Shown piece by piece: positions 40,524-54,530 of a DNA stretch of 64,000 bases. Position numbers and translations under genes: made by a program. The DNA is from Cirrosporium novae-zelandiae. Its lineage: Eukaryota. Location of the stretch: the NCBI GenBank assembly GCA_026023565.1, contig JAPETS010000005.1:310001-374000 (forward strand), given 5' to 3'. Numbering within the stretch: the stretch's first letter is position 1; each line of letters opens with the position of its first letter. The notes beneath the pieces are model-generated. The model ran no database searches. It was not told the origin of the DNA and worked only from the letters and a program-made list of their open reading frames with translations.

Positions 40524-43131
40524 TTATGCTAAATAGCCGAGTTCATCATTGTCCTTGCGCTCCAGGTACTCCTTCTCCAGAAGAATGTCGATACATTTCT
40601 TGATGTCTTTTGGGTTTGGTGTGAAACGAGACTTGATCTGGTTAATCGTTTCCGATACCAGCTGAGCATGTTTCATCTGCTTCCGCGATTTCATGATACG
40701 AACAATAGCAGACTACAAAATTGAACTTGGTTAGCAAAAGACTCCAAGCAAATGACGTAGTCTACCGAACTTACCTGCATCAACATCTTCCGGTCCTCTT
40801 CAATATTCTTGTGGGTATCCTCGATTTCCTGTTTCTGTTCTGATTTAATAGCAAAGTTGAGATTGACCTTCACCTTCTTACTCTTATATGAGTAGTTTAG
40901 AGAATACGTCGTGTCAGAATCGGGCTTTCTATCATCCGAATCCGCTAAAAGTACCTTGGTTTTGAGGAGCAAAGCCAACGTTGGGTCCAGTACTTCTGGG
41001 GCAAGCTGAGTAGCTTCTTTGATGTGCTGATATTGAAGATTTTCGGCATCGTTGAATAAACATAGAATAGCCATCTGGTAGGTTGACACAGAAAAAGTGT
41101 ATGGCGTCCTCGAGTTCTTAATGTAGTTGGCTTTCAAGTCTCCCCTGCAAAGATGCCAGAGCCAAGTAAGTTTACGACCGCTATGCTGATCATCGTAGAA
41201 CTTCTGGAAGCGCTCATATGTCCTCACGATTTCTGGAGGTGGAACAAGGCTCGTGGATGGAGAGTTGAGGGGCCAGAAACCAGTACCAAGAATTTGGAAT
41301 GTAGCATCAACCCCCTTCTTCTGATCCTCGTCGTCATAAGTTTTCTGAAGCCAGTCCTGGTGTTTGCTGTTAAGCTCTTTGGAAACCTGGATATCTTGGA
41401 ACATGCGTTGTAACTTGTTGGTATATTCGTACCCACAGGCCTCCTTTAACTTGCTAATCATGGTTGTTTCAATATCTTCAGATGCAGAACTACTGTGAAC
41501 CAGGCGCTTTGCAAATTGTCTCGAATAGAACTTCTGGAAAACATCCTTATCCTCGATATACTTGAATATCGTCATTATCTGGTTCAGTAATTCCTCCATT
41601 TCGGATTCTTCCACTTGTTTTGCTCCCCTTTTGAGAAGGGAATCGGCATATTTTGCGAGAAGTTCGGGCGATTTGTTTGTGTTAGCTTTGCAAAGTTCAT
41701 TCCGATTGACAAATTCTCGGCAAGCATTATCCAATGATCTTACAAACTCGCCTTCTCCATCGAATGCTACGTTGACCATGGCTGCATACTGAGAATGCAC
41801 TGAAAGAAGAGCGTCGACATAAACTTTAGGATCCAAAGAGTCGCCCTGGGACGCGACTTTGCTCACGGCAGCAAAGCCAGCCTTTCGGACATGGGCTTCA
41901 AACTTGACGCGCAATACATCAAGCCCATTATCGACCCTCTTCAGCAATTTATACATTCGAGCAAGATCCTCTTCACGGTTGTTGTCAAGGAGTGATTGGA
42001 ATTCTTCATGGAATAACTTCAAGTGGTCTGAAACTAGCACAGTGAGACATGTCTTCTCAAGGAGAGTCAGAATATCGCTATGCAGATACATGCCAACCCG
42101 TTCCTTTTCTTCGGCTAAACGTGTTTCTGCCTTCTTCATGTACTCCACAACGTTGTTTTCTGCAACAAAATCGTGGGACTCTTTCTTATAATAGAGTCTT
42201 GTTGCTTCTATAAATGGGTTTTCGAAATGGTAGCGATAGACATCCAATGTGGTCTTCGTACTATCCGATTCATCAAGTCCGAGGGAAACAAACGAATCAA
42301 CTATGCTCTTAATTTGCGATTGTTCGATAGTTTCGCCGTTCCGCTGTTTCTCGACCAGGTTCAACACAGCCTTCATGACCTGGGATTGAACATGCATGAA
42401 AAGCTCTTTGCGCCACTGGACTAAATGTAGGGTATAGACATCATATGTCGATTTCTTTCCCTCATCCATTTCTCGTTTAACCCAGTGGCGGTTCAAGTAC
42501 CGGAACAGATGGTTGATATACGTAGCTGCTGTTGTGTATCGATTCCATTCCGAAATATAGAAGGAGAGGAGGCCCTCGTCAAAGTGATGCTGCGACTTTT
42601 CCCGGACTTGTTCAAGATGCTGCTTGAGGTATAGTATAAGGTTCTTGTACAATTCTTCTCCGAGTAAATGAGCTTTGAGGAGTGAGCATCATTTCAATTC
42701 TGCTGGATCTAGGGGAAGAGATCGCTCACCTCCACGGTGCATATTTGGACCCACGACTTGGTGGCCATTAACACTTGATGACACGGCCTTTTGTGACGTA
42801 CAGAAATTGTGGACGGCACTAAGACAATGTCAGTGGCACAAGGATAAGCAGTTTCGAGACTAAGGGTGGTCCTACGAATAGAGGCCCATGTACTTGTAGA
42901 TATTAGCAATAGTAGCAATGAGGTATTTATCAATTATTTGAACTGACCGTCTTCATATCAACTCCTTCCTGCAAATTCGTCATAATACCATTAATACCCG
43001 CTTCAAGATATTTCCACCTAAGCGGTCACAATGTTAGCTATAATCTAAACAGCCGGTTAAAGAGGCCCAGATGCTACCCACGTATCCAGGAGATCCTCCT
43101 TATTAGGAGGGGGCGGCATATCGAGAGGCAT
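40524..43131 (-). CDS. CUL1: Cullin-1 (SCF scaffold, Cdc53/CulA)
   Basis: [53 protein letters not shown], neddylation motif [19 protein letters not shown]; five introns. Confidence 0.96.
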
Positions 43132-43885
43132 ATTGCCTAATGTCCGCAAAGTGGTTTATGGAATGCCTCTTCTCCAAGAGGCGGGATAGAAGGACAAGTA
43201 TGAAGTTCTACAGAGCAAGAAAGGGATGCGATTCTTATTTTTATGTGGGTGTAACCTTCTTATGCATGCAAACAAAAGAAGGTGGAAGAACAGTTGTGAT
43301 CCCCACGGAAAGGTGGAGGTGAGAAAGGTGGAAATTATAGGATAGGAGTGCGCTAAGTAGCAGATGTATCAGGCTCCTAGAAGCGAAGTCAGTATAAAGT
43401 TATGTTTGAATGGTAAATGAAGGGCTCTCACAAGAGAATCTTCCTGATACACTGGTGCCTGTCCTTTGATCTTCTTCCACGATGACTTTAGTAAAGTCGC
43501 AGATGACCTCCTCAAGGCTGGGAGGGACTCAGATCCACAACGAGCAACGGGATAGAGGAATATAGAAGAGGAATTTTGGGGGCGGGTTATAAAAAGTGGT
43601 GTTAGGAAGGCAGCTAGAGAGGTGAGATTAGTGAAGTTCTGTTCTTGATATGGCGAGTCGCATCATACAGCTCTTGCATGATTGCAAGTAGATATTGTAA
43701 GCTAGGTACAATAGGGCCCACCTAACCGAGAACAGATCGGAGAGGAAGGTTCAAGTCTCTACCGCCACAACCTGTCTGTGGCTGGACTGGACTGTGGCTG
43801 CAAATAATGTAGATATCATGACGAATTAATTAATTACATCTTCTACCTACAGGAATAGATTGGTTTACCATCTTGTTTGTAGTCC

Positions 43886-44425
43886 TCAAACCCCTAGTAC
43901 CGGTCCCTCGTCTCCATACACTGGATCCTTCTCAAACCATCCCACTTTCTCAATCCCTTTTACCTTGTTTTCTTCCCCAGCTCTCCCATAACACATGTCC
44001 CAACTACAGCCCTTTGGATAACTTCCCACCATTTCGAATTCTCCCTCCTTATCCTCCAATAGGCAGTGGCCAACTCCTGCTGGCACTATTACAACATCTC
44101 CGCTTCTCACTACCTCCTCTACTCTCCCAGGGTTGTTTTCTCCACCGAAACACAGCTTCGCGGAGCCGTGGGAGATGCATAGGACCTCGTGAGTAGTGCT
44201 GTGGAAATGCGTGGTGCTATACATGGTATAGCGCCATTGGGGAATGACCACATTCGTGATCTGGAGGCAGGATTCGATAGTATAGACCGAAGACGACGAG
44301 GGAAAGGCTGAATGATATATCAAGAGGGGTTTGTTTAATATGGATGTATTTGGAATGAGGTTATAAGGAGGGATCTGATGTTTAGACACACGAAGGGTAG
44401 AGAGTGATGTCGGTTTGAAAGACAT
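43886..44425 (-). CDS. YjlB-like cupin protein
   Basis: IPN..PLLIY, HFHSTTHEVLCI..GSA.L.FGG, GDVVIVPAGVGH, MVGSYP, DPVYG. Confidence 0.85.
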   Translation of the reverse strand: MSFKPTSLSTLRVSKHQIPPYNLIPNTSILNKPLLIYHSAFPSSSSVYTIESCLQITNVVIPQWRYTMYSTTHFHSTTHEVLCISHGSAKLCFGGENNPGRVEEVVRSGDVVIVPAGVGHCLLEDKEGEFEMVGSYPKGCSWDMCYGRAGEENKVKGIEKVGWFEKDPVYGDEGPVLGV

Positions 44426-44997
44426 AAATGTTATCAAATGTATTGTTAGATAATATCCAGTAAGTAGTAGGTGGTAGATATCTAGTTATTCAAAGAAGCT
44501 AGGCACGAACAAGAATGGTTTACCAAGTGATGACTTTACGAGTACTTGATACAAATAACCTCCAGTTATAGAGTCCATCTTTCTTTTCATGCCTTTGTAC
44601 CAAGTACGCATAACGATGATTGGAAAACAGTTATAATGCGAATATAATGCTGTGACTTAACTATGTTGTCTTCTTTTTAGATGTTTCAGTTTTGAATTCT
44701 TGACTCACAACTCAAGCCAATTAGTGCTATTTACTTGGTTACATTCGATCAGGAACTCGCCAAATCATTACGATGTTTCGAGAGTGCTCGGGGAGATAAA
44801 CCCTAGACACATGCGGGGACAGGATTTATATGAAACAGGCCAATTTGATTGTACTGTACATGTACCTGCGTACTTCTACTGCAATCTTCCAAATGCTGCC
44901 AATGATATAAAAAAAATTGCTCCTGCGTTTGAAAACTGTCCACCATTCTGCCCAGGACATATCATCGATACAAGAGAGACATATTCAAGTGGTTATT

Positions 44998-45464
44998 ATG
45001 GATTTATCCTACCTCATCAGTTTCTTTGTCATTGTTCTTTCCCTCGTTACTTCTACTATCGCGGGCTCGGGCAACTACTTAAACCTATATTCATCCCCTA
45101 ATTGCAATAACTCCAGTTTTTATGCTGAACTTGGCATATATGAGAACGATGAATGTCACATCTTGTCCATTGAACTGCCTCCTCCAATGGTAGGAATAAC
45201 TGCTAGGAGTGTCAGTACTGTGTTGATTGAGCAGGGATGTTATAGTAAGCATTTTATTTAGATAAACGAGGCGAGTACCTTTACCGCTCAATACTGACCG
45301 GCTGGGGATATCATCTAGTCTCTGGATATCAAACGCCAAATTGTTCCGGTTTGACAATGAATGTCAGCTCCTCGAATCCACAACGTTGTGTGAATGCACC
45401 TCCGAGCAACTATTCATTGTGCTCTGGACGTTTCCAGTCATTCATGTTGAAGAATTGTCTTTAA
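44998..45464 (+). CDS. Small secreted Cys-rich protein (130 aa)
   Basis: Signal peptide MDLSYLISFFVIVLSLVTSTIA; intron 45245-45318 (GTAAGC..CTGAC..TAG); exon 2 ISGYQTPNCSG...FQSFMLKNCL*; 7 Cys. Confidence 0.75.
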
Positions 45465-45711
45465 GGTAGCTAGAACAGACAGCAAAGTTCACGGATCATA
45501 TCATTGATTAGGAACCAGAAAAAGTAAAGAGAGCACACGTTGAATTGCTAGATGAAAGATGAATGATCATTGCCCGTGATTTCTTTGTTCATAGTGTGTA
45601 TGTAGCGTCACTCTACAAAGTTATTTTTATCATCCTCAAGTCCTATTCCAATCCCTATAGCTGTTCAAGGGACATCACTTGTAATTTCGTTATCAACCTA
45701 AATCCTTACTT

Positions 45712-48700
45712 TCAAGACTTGGTTTCTAGAGGCTCCACATTCCAGATGCTATCTGCATACTCCTGAATGCAACGGTCACTGCTGAAAAAGCCCATCCGTG
45801 CCACACTCGTGATGCTCTTCTCTAGCCATTCGTCTTGATTCCTGTATGCATCATCGACCAGTGCTTGAGTCTGGTTGTAGCTTGCAAAGTCATCTGAGAC
45901 GAGATAATAGTCGCCATGGTCGACAATGGAATCGACAAGGGCAGAGAACGCCCCCTGGTCACCAAACATACCACCCTTGATAGCATCAAAGACTTTCTGA
46001 AGGTCTGAGTCGATGGTATGGTTGCCGTAAGTATGGGAGTGACGGAGATCTTCAACATCTTCGGCTAGATTTCCAAACAAGAAGATGTTATTCTCGCCAA
46101 TCTCACGGGTTATTTCGATCTGTTTTCATTAGAGAGGGATATGTATGTGTGTATGGGAGGGACTTACATTTGCACCATCACATGTACCAATAATTAAGCC
46201 TCCATTGAGGACGAACTTCATGTTACTAGTACCGCTGGCTTCTGTGCCTGCTGTTGAAATATGTTCGCTGAGATCCGAAGCAGGGCATATGATCTCGGCC
46301 TTGCTGACGTTGTAGTCCTCAATAAATATGACTTTTAGTAGATCACCAACATCCTTGTCTTTGTTGACCACAGCACCAACACTATTGATCAAATGAATAA
46401 TGGTCTTCGCCATCCAGTACCCTGGTGCCGCTTTCCCACCAAAAATGGAGACCCTTGGACATTGTTTGTTTCTTTCCTCTGGTGACATAGTTTTAAGCTT
46501 AAGGTAGCGATGAATGACACCGAAGATGTTCAATTGCTGCCGCTTATACTCGTGTATTCTCTTCACCTGAACGTCGAACAATGACTTCGGGTTGACACCG
46601 ACTCCCGTAACCGATAGAATGTGTTGTGCAAGTCTAACCTTATTGGCATGTTTGATCTCCTGCCAATCTTTCCTGAATTGCTTGTCATCCACATAATTTT
46701 CCAACTGATTCAGGAGCGTGAGGTCCTTCAAGAAATCATACCCACCAAGCTTCGAGGCAATCAATTCTGAAAGGCGGGGATTTGCTTGATGTAACCAGCG
46801 GCGGGGGGTTATGCCATTGGTGACATTAGTAAATTTGTCAGGCCCATATATCTGAACAAAGTCTTTGAATATGGTAGTTTGGATTAGATCTGAATGAAGC
46901 TCTGCAACCCCATTGACTTTGTGTGAACCAATAATAGCGAGATATGCCATACGAACCATCTTTGGTTGCGACTCTTCAATAATGGAGACTCTGGAAAGTA
47001 TATCACGATCTTTTGGAAATCGTCGTTCAACCGATTGAAGGAAGAATAGGTTGATTTCATAGATAATCTGTAGATGTCGGGGAAGTAGGTTCTGGAATAA
47101 GGGGACAGACCATTTTTCCAAAGCCTCTGGTAAGACAGTATGATTTGTGTAGCCAAAAGTCTTTGTGACGATAGTCCAAGCCTCGTCCCATTCGAGGCCC
47201 TCCAGATCAATTAGAATGCGCTGCAATTCCACGATTGCCATAGTAGGGTGAGTATCATTTAGTTGGATAGCAACTTGCTCTGGAAATTCAGACCAAGCAC
47301 GCTTTGACTTTTTAAATCGACGAACGATATCAAACAAAGAGGCGGCACACCAGAAATACTGCTGCTTTAGTCGTAGCTCTTTTCCTCTATCAAGATTATC
47401 GTTTGGATAAAGGACAGCAGATATTGTCTCCGCGCGTTGCTGGTCACCAACAGATCCTTCATAGTCGCCAGAGTTGAACTTCTGGAAGTCAAATTCACCG
47501 CTGGAACCTTTGCTTGACCAAAGCCGAAGATTGTTGGTCGAGGGAGTGCTGTAGCCAGGTATTGGCACATCGTATGCCACTGCAGACACGACCTCCCCGC
47601 CTTCCCATACAGCGACAGTGCGACCATCTACCTCTTGATATTTTCTAACATATCCGTAAAATTGAACATCGACAGTAATATCGTGTCTTGCAAATTCCCA
47701 GGGGTTGAAATCAAGCCAGTAATCAGGAATTTCTACCTGATATCCATCAACAATTTCTTGTTTGAAGATACCGTAGCGGTAGCGCAGCCCATAGCCCCAA
47801 GCCGGGTAATCCATGGTTGCAAGACTGTCGAGGAAGCAAGCAGCAAGTCTCCCAAGCCCTCCATTGCCAAGTGCTGCATCGTGCTCCTGCTCAATGACAT
47901 CTTCCATTCGGAAGCCAAGGTCAGACAACCCATCTGCAATTTGTCAATATCATCCCTATTTTAAAAAGCGGCACTACGTACTTTTTGCAATAGGTTTCTG
48001 GCCGACATTTAGCATTGCATTGTCTAAAGCTCGGCCCATAAGGAACTCAAGGGACAGATCTATACGCCAAGGTCAGCAACGCCCAAAGAGACAATGAACT
48101 TCCAATGCCTACAATAAACCCTCTTCTGATCAGCAAAGGTCTGTCTCTGCTGGGTCTTGTTCCATTCTATGACAAGACGATCGCGGAAGGCTAGTGCAGT
48201 GGCAGCATAAGCGGCGCTGAAATATATCAGCTCAAAACAACAATCAAGTAATTAGTTACTAGTCCATACGCCTCATCACAATTATATAAAGATCGAGCCA
48301 ATGTGGTTTCAACATGGCGGACAACAGTTTTCTGGTATAACATTTAGCAGTATGCTTTTGTAGGTCATGGAAAACAAGCCAACTTACTTCGAAATCATCC
48401 TTATCATCAAAGGATTTGGCAGCCTTGTGTAGGAGAGATGTCAATCATCAAAGTAACTAGAGTTGGCCAAGTTAAGGCGTACGAATTTTTTCCATCTGAG
48501 GGGTATCAGTAAGGATCAACGGAATTATCTCAAAGACAATTGAACGCCTTACGCTTCTCTCTGGGGTTCTGGGATGCTTGACTCGACGACTTTGATCTCT
48601 TGAAGAGTAAAACCAGTGAAGGTGCGCTTATGTTTGGGCCTGCTGAAATCGGGGCCAATGGGGCCTTGGAGATCACTGATGGGGGCGCCAACAGAGAGTT

Positions 48701-48725
48701 TACGTTGTCGAGGCTGGGTGGCCAT
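45712..48725 (-). CDS. GPH1: Glycogen phosphorylase
   Basis: RPKHKRTFTGF phosphorylation-site region, YLSLEFLMGR, ALGNGGLGRLAAC, QLNDTHP, NGITPRRW, VKRIHEYKRQ, PLP-lysine motif EASGTSNMKF; several 5' microexons. Confidence 0.97.
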
Positions 48726-50080
48726 AATTGATAAGGGGAGGAAGAGTGAGGAAGAAGGTAAAAAGACGGGAGAAGTTGTAAGAAGAGGAAATTTTCAAAG
48801 AAGAGAATAGGAATCGGAACGGAGGGATTGAGCTGATAGACAGAGGGGTAGGAGGGTTGAGCTATCTTTGAGCTACATAAGTACATAGGTAGCAACTACC
48901 AGGTATCGTGGTATTGTGGTACAAAGGGAAGAACTAGGATACCTAATTCGCCGCTTGGCGCATCAAGATACTTGTTATTAAATCCCTGGCACAGACCTTG
49001 CGGGGCAGAATCCAATGAACCCAATGAACCTTGGAAGTTAAGGTGTCGAGAAAGCTGTCGTGGCTATTCAGAGCTGTCCAGAGTGGGGTAAAAGCTCTTA
49101 CCTCATCTCATCCTACCTAACCAAGCCTCTTGACTAATAGGATAAGTGACTCGGAAAATCCATTGCTTTCATCAGACGACTACTTGCTACAAGTGTTTCG
49201 GGAGTTTTGGATACGAGGAGAGACTTGTCCCAGCAGTCAGGACTAATGTATATATTATCCACTTTATATTAACAGAGGCCTCATTCAGAGAGTCTCTGGG
49301 CAGATCGCCAGGGATCGTGGCTATCCATCATATTATCCAAACCACTTTACTCCCCTCCTCTGCAGCCAAGCACGAGCTAGACAGTTGGAAAATATTCCCC
49401 AGCACCAGCACCAACAGCGACCAGCGGCTGTCCAATAATTATAGCTTTAATTAAAACAAGGAAACAAGGAAACAGCTTCAATAAACGGTAGGCACCAAGG
49501 CATTATGCGCCCGTGGTAGAATGTATGAATATATGTAATCATCTGACCTAGTCCTTGGACATCAGTTTAAATGGGTAGTAATAATGAAATCAGCATCGCA
49601 AGCAATAGTAATGGGTAATAACCCTCCATGAGTGATGTCCACCCAGATCATGGCTCCAGAAATTGAGCATGTCAACAAAAAAAATAAAAAAATAAGACAA
49701 AAAAAGAGAAACACCCCAGTCCACGAGATAACCTACCTGTTTTACATCTGCAAACTAAAGGAACACCGTGATGACCATCCTGTGTCACGAACGCCGGCCT
49801 CCCCGTGCAGATAAATGCACCGGGGTGAGCACCCTGCCTTTCCCCATTGACCTTTTTGGAAGACGTAAAGATTAGTAGAGCCATTAAAACTCCTGTCAAT
49901 ACATCGTAAACCCTCTCATCCATGAGATACGCCAAACCCAACCCAACAACTTGAATATCAATATTCGAGGTCTCGTCAAAATGCAGAAGAATGGCGCAAT
50001 GTTTCGCGCTGGCAGCTATCGACATATTATTAACCAGCAGGAGAGTGGAATCAAAAAGAGCGCCAAAAGCGTAAAGTCGT

Positions 50081-51415
50081 TTATAAAATTCCGGAGTCCT
50101 TCAAGGCGTTCTGGAGAATGGTTTCTTTGACCGCCGCGAATACAAGACGAATGTTGGAGGTGTCGGTAGCTTGGGTGAGACTTTGAGCCTTTGTTAGTGA
50201 CTTGGTATAACAGTTAGGAATTGAAGGACTAACTGTGGATATAGGTTCAGGTGTGCTCTATTAACCTGGTTAAACCGCCAAAGAAGGTACTTTGCAGCCC
50301 GGTTCACATCATTTCCTCCAGAGTAGTCAGGAAAGTATTTAGCGAGTGGAGAACGCTCCAATTTTTGCCGGAATAGGTCGACCTTATTTAGAAATAAAAT
50401 GATACTTGTGCGCATGAACCACCGAGAGTTGACGACAGAGTCGAAAAGCACTAGACTTTCCATCATACGATTCTAAGACGTGACGTTAGAGAGCAAGGTT
50501 TTATAATTTAATAGCAAACATTACCTGACTGCTCTCTTCAAGCAAAACCTGGTCATATTCACTGAGCGCAACACAGAAAATAATAGATGTAACATTTTCG
50601 AAACAATGTATCCATTTCTTGCGCTCGCTGCGTTGGCCACCAACGTCGAACATGCTAAAGTCATGGGTTAGCTGTGACGATCAAATAGGTTGAAACTAAT
50701 CCATACTGAATACTCAATTGACCCATTGTAAACCGTGTCTCGTAAATACCGGTCGTCTTTGTTCTTGCGCGAAGCACATCGGCTTCCGTGGGGATATACT
50801 CTGGCCCGGCTATTCGTTTGGCCTCATCAAAAAAACTAGAGTATTGTTAGCGCTGGGATGGACTAGTGAATCATACATTTAAACTAACTATGGCGCCGAG
50901 TCCATCAAATAGAACTCATTGCTGTGGTCCATAACCCTTCCAATACAAGGGTCTTTCCAGATTGATATGACAGCATCCCCAACTGTTTGATCTAACGCCA
51001 CATGGGGGTCTGGCTCGAGGTAGTAGTCATCTAAATATTGGATGTATTCGAGGTTGGATGGGATTTCGGGTTCAATCTCTAGTTGACGCATAGCGGCAGT
51101 AAGTGATCTTACGCATTCCAATAGGTTCTTATAGACGGTCAATCGGTATAGGGATAGTTCGTCCACAGAGTATCCATTCTGATGTATAATCTTCATCTGC
51201 TTCACAATAGTTGATTTGCCACTTTCACCAGAACCTATACAATGGTTAGACTCCTCATGCCTCCAGGTTCAGTTTAAGCCTAACAAACCCAATAGTAATA
51301 TCTTGCATTCCCGCCTTAATCTTCGGGAGTCCTCCTCCAGCTTTCGGTCAATCATTTGACTCCTCTTCTTTTGTTCTGCCGCATCCCCATTCTCTGTGCT
51401 CTGGCATATACCCAT
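50081..51415 (-). CDS. Heterotrimeric G-protein alpha subunit, group III (GanB/GNA-3 type)
   Basis: MGICQS lipidation motif, [60 protein letters not shown], ending LKDSGIL*. Confidence 0.95.
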
Positions 51416-53078
51416 CTTTAGGTCTTCCCGCGACTCAGCAAGATCGGGTGGTCGTAACGTACAAACAGCAAACGGTGGATTGGAACAGGACTCAAATGGG
51501 TGAATTCTTCTTCGGGCTTCCGCGTGTAAGTGGCGGTGACGTTACGGAGACAGGGATTATGACAGACGGTTGTGCAGTGGGTTTTGTATCGACGAGTACG
51601 ACCGGGTAAGTTCGGCAATATTTGGTGAGCGGGCCGGGATGAAGCTTTGTTGAATTGCTGGAAGGAGGTAGCTTGGACCAAAGATGCCAAAAAAGGATGA
51701 GAGAGTGGTTAAGATGGACTTGGGAAGGTGGTATTTTGACCTTTAGAGAGCGGCAGGCGGGAGGTTTTGCGAGTTTCAAGGAACAGTCGAGAGCCACGCC
51801 ATTCGGCGCAAGTGGGAGGCTGTGAGCCAGCAAAGCCAAAGGGTAACGCGGCGGTGAAGGAGCGAGCGACTGTAGGAGCGTGGGGAGATGTCAAGTTTGC
51901 TGGAGACAAATAAGAGAGTTGACAGCGACCAACAATAGTAGAATGGTGACGGCGAGGTTCCCGGGGAGTAGCTGGTTGAAACCCTGGCTTTCACGTGGAA
52001 TGCCTAGTTATGTAGCGTATTTGGCTGTATGCTCGAAATCCTAGACGGTCGGAAGGACTTGTTCGAGATGCGGTCTGTGCCAAAAAGCCGCCGACGACTT
52101 GGGCGATTAATTCGTTAATTTGACCTAAGCAGGTAGGTATTTAGGCGTTGGAACCGAGACGAGGGGAAAAAAAAAAAAGAGGCGCCCCCAAATGAAGAAT
52201 TAGTAGTAAAATCGACTTTGCCTTTGTTTTTTCAAGGGTTGTGTTGTGGTTTGTTGTAGTTGTTCGTGTTTGTTAGAGGAGGATACTTGCAACAAGTAAC
52301 TAGGAGGTAGTACGTTTTAGAAGAAAGAATAGGTAAAGGTAGTAGTGGTAGTCAACTTGAATTAATTACTGAGACCTGATCCAGCCGTAGATGGATAAGC
52401 TGCTTTCTATTTTAGAGTCATCCATGTTAACTTAACCAGTCGTCATCCGCCAAACACCATTTTCGCCTTTGTTCCTTGGATCAAATTTAAGGACCGGTTG
52501 ACTACTTGCCTCCTACAACACATATATGTCATGAGCTCATACCTATCTACGTACTAAAGTAGGTATATATATCTCTCTCTTTCTCTATCTATCAATTCAT
52601 CTCTCTCTTCTCCGCGGTAACATAAGGAAGGACATGTCATTTATTCATCCTACCCCGCTCCTCGACTGTAATATTGTCATGATCAAGATTCCGGGCAAAA
52701 GGACGAGCAACTCCAAGCTTAAACAATGGCAGTCTGTGGAGAGTATACCCTATGCGTGCCTATGAAAGGCTCGCTTGTTATGGAAATTTTCTACGCCACT
52801 CCCTTGAAGTCATCATATACATAATATGACAAGCTGAAGTGAACTGAATGATAAACTATCTTGATTCAGGTTCCACGTGGGAATGAGACATCTATGACTC
52901 CGATTTATATCTCCCATGCTAGTAACAAAAACATTCTCAACTAGGATTAACACAATGCATTTTTTGAAATTTCATTTGAACAGGATGGTTTAGATCCGTC
53001 ATCAATGATGACCTATTAATAGTCCTGCCAGCCAACAGAACATAATGTCAAATCAGAGGAGCATATCAAAATGGACAC

Positions 53079-53889
53079 TCAATAGGTCAGAGTGACACCG
53101 CGATTCAAGAACTTGTCCTCGCTTCTCTTCTTCAATAGCTCCTCGAATATCCATAAGCCAACATCGTTCCTTCGTATCCGATAACCCAATGCTGGCTTAT
53201 CATCTAGTCCTACTTTGACCTTCTCAATTCCCAAACTGTCTCCATCCGCCAAAAGCGTCGGTCGAATGCTTACATATCCTTTAATAATCCGCTCCTGTTC
53301 AGGCTTATGCGCATGATGTGAGAGTACGTTTTCAGCGAGCCGCTTATCCTCGTGCGGGACGGCCAACCAGTGGTAAATCGGGAGATAGAGAATCGGAACA
53401 TCCCGAGGTCCAGTGGTAATGCCGGTTGTACTCAGCATAGCGAAGAGTGGTTTTGTAGAGCATTTCAGCTCTGATAAAGCGGATAGGATTGTGCAAACCG
53501 CGTCATTGCAGACCGTTGGATCGTGTAATGTAACGGGTCTGAAAAGACTGAACTGCAATTTCGGTGTTGATCCTAGATTACAGCTGTCAGGTATGTAATT
53601 CTTTGTTGAGGAGTTAGGATGATTTACCAATGCCAGAAATGATAATGTCCACAACCTTGCCATTGAGAACAAGTGCCCTTTTAACAGCTTCGGTGTCCTT
53701 CACATTACCATCTACAATTGTAAGATGATTATCCAAGTCTTCCTCCTTCACTCCCGATTCACGAAGTAATGCAGTGAGCTTGGAGGGAGTCCTTGCTAGA
53801 GCAATGGTATCGTAGCCAGCTGAGAGCGCATGGACCAGACATGCTTTTGCACACCCCCCAGTTGCGCCAAAGAAAGCCAGAGTGGGCAT
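53079..53889 (-). CDS. Atypical NAD(P)-binding Rossmann/SDR protein (flavin reductase/NmrA-like)
   Basis: FFGATGG, ALARTPSKL, one intron (~53574-53627), DKRLAE, IRPTLLADG, GYRIRRNDVGLWIF. Confidence 0.85.
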
Positions 53890-54530
53890 TGTATCAATCG
53901 CGTTAGGAATAAGAATTGCGGGTAAGGTTGAAGGAGAAGCTCTCAATTAATCAGAAATTAGATATTGATGTAGCCTAATATTTTTAGATAAGCCTTAACT
54001 GATGAGATTATTGGTTGGTGGTGATAAGCAAAGATATGATATGAGCTTCGTCTTAGTGATATAGATTGATATATATATATTATCTATAGAATTAACAGGC
54101 TGCCAAATTACTGATTTGACCATCAGGCAGAAACTTCACTATGGAATATGGAAAGGGCTGTACACCCACCTCAGCCTCGAAACAGCGAGGAGATGTGTAA
54201 ATGGAGTCGGAGTATCTTGCAGCACTAAGCGCTAACTCTAGGACGGAAACTCGTCCACAGGCCACAGGCTCATCAAGCTTAAAGGCCTTGAGATGCTAGC
54301 GTTATTGAAAGTTCAGCCGACGCGGATAGAATGAAGCCCGAAAGGGAAGTTGGCCTGATTGGCACGGTTGGCAAGTATGACCGAAAGAGGAAAAGTATGC
54401 TAATTAAAAGGTCGGCGTGGTCGGCCCGAGGCGTTTCTCAAGTTCCGACAACACCACAACATGTAGGGATGCCTTGAGGAATGCAAACCCAGGGAAATAT
54501 CACTGCCTACAGCTACGGCCGTATGAGAAC

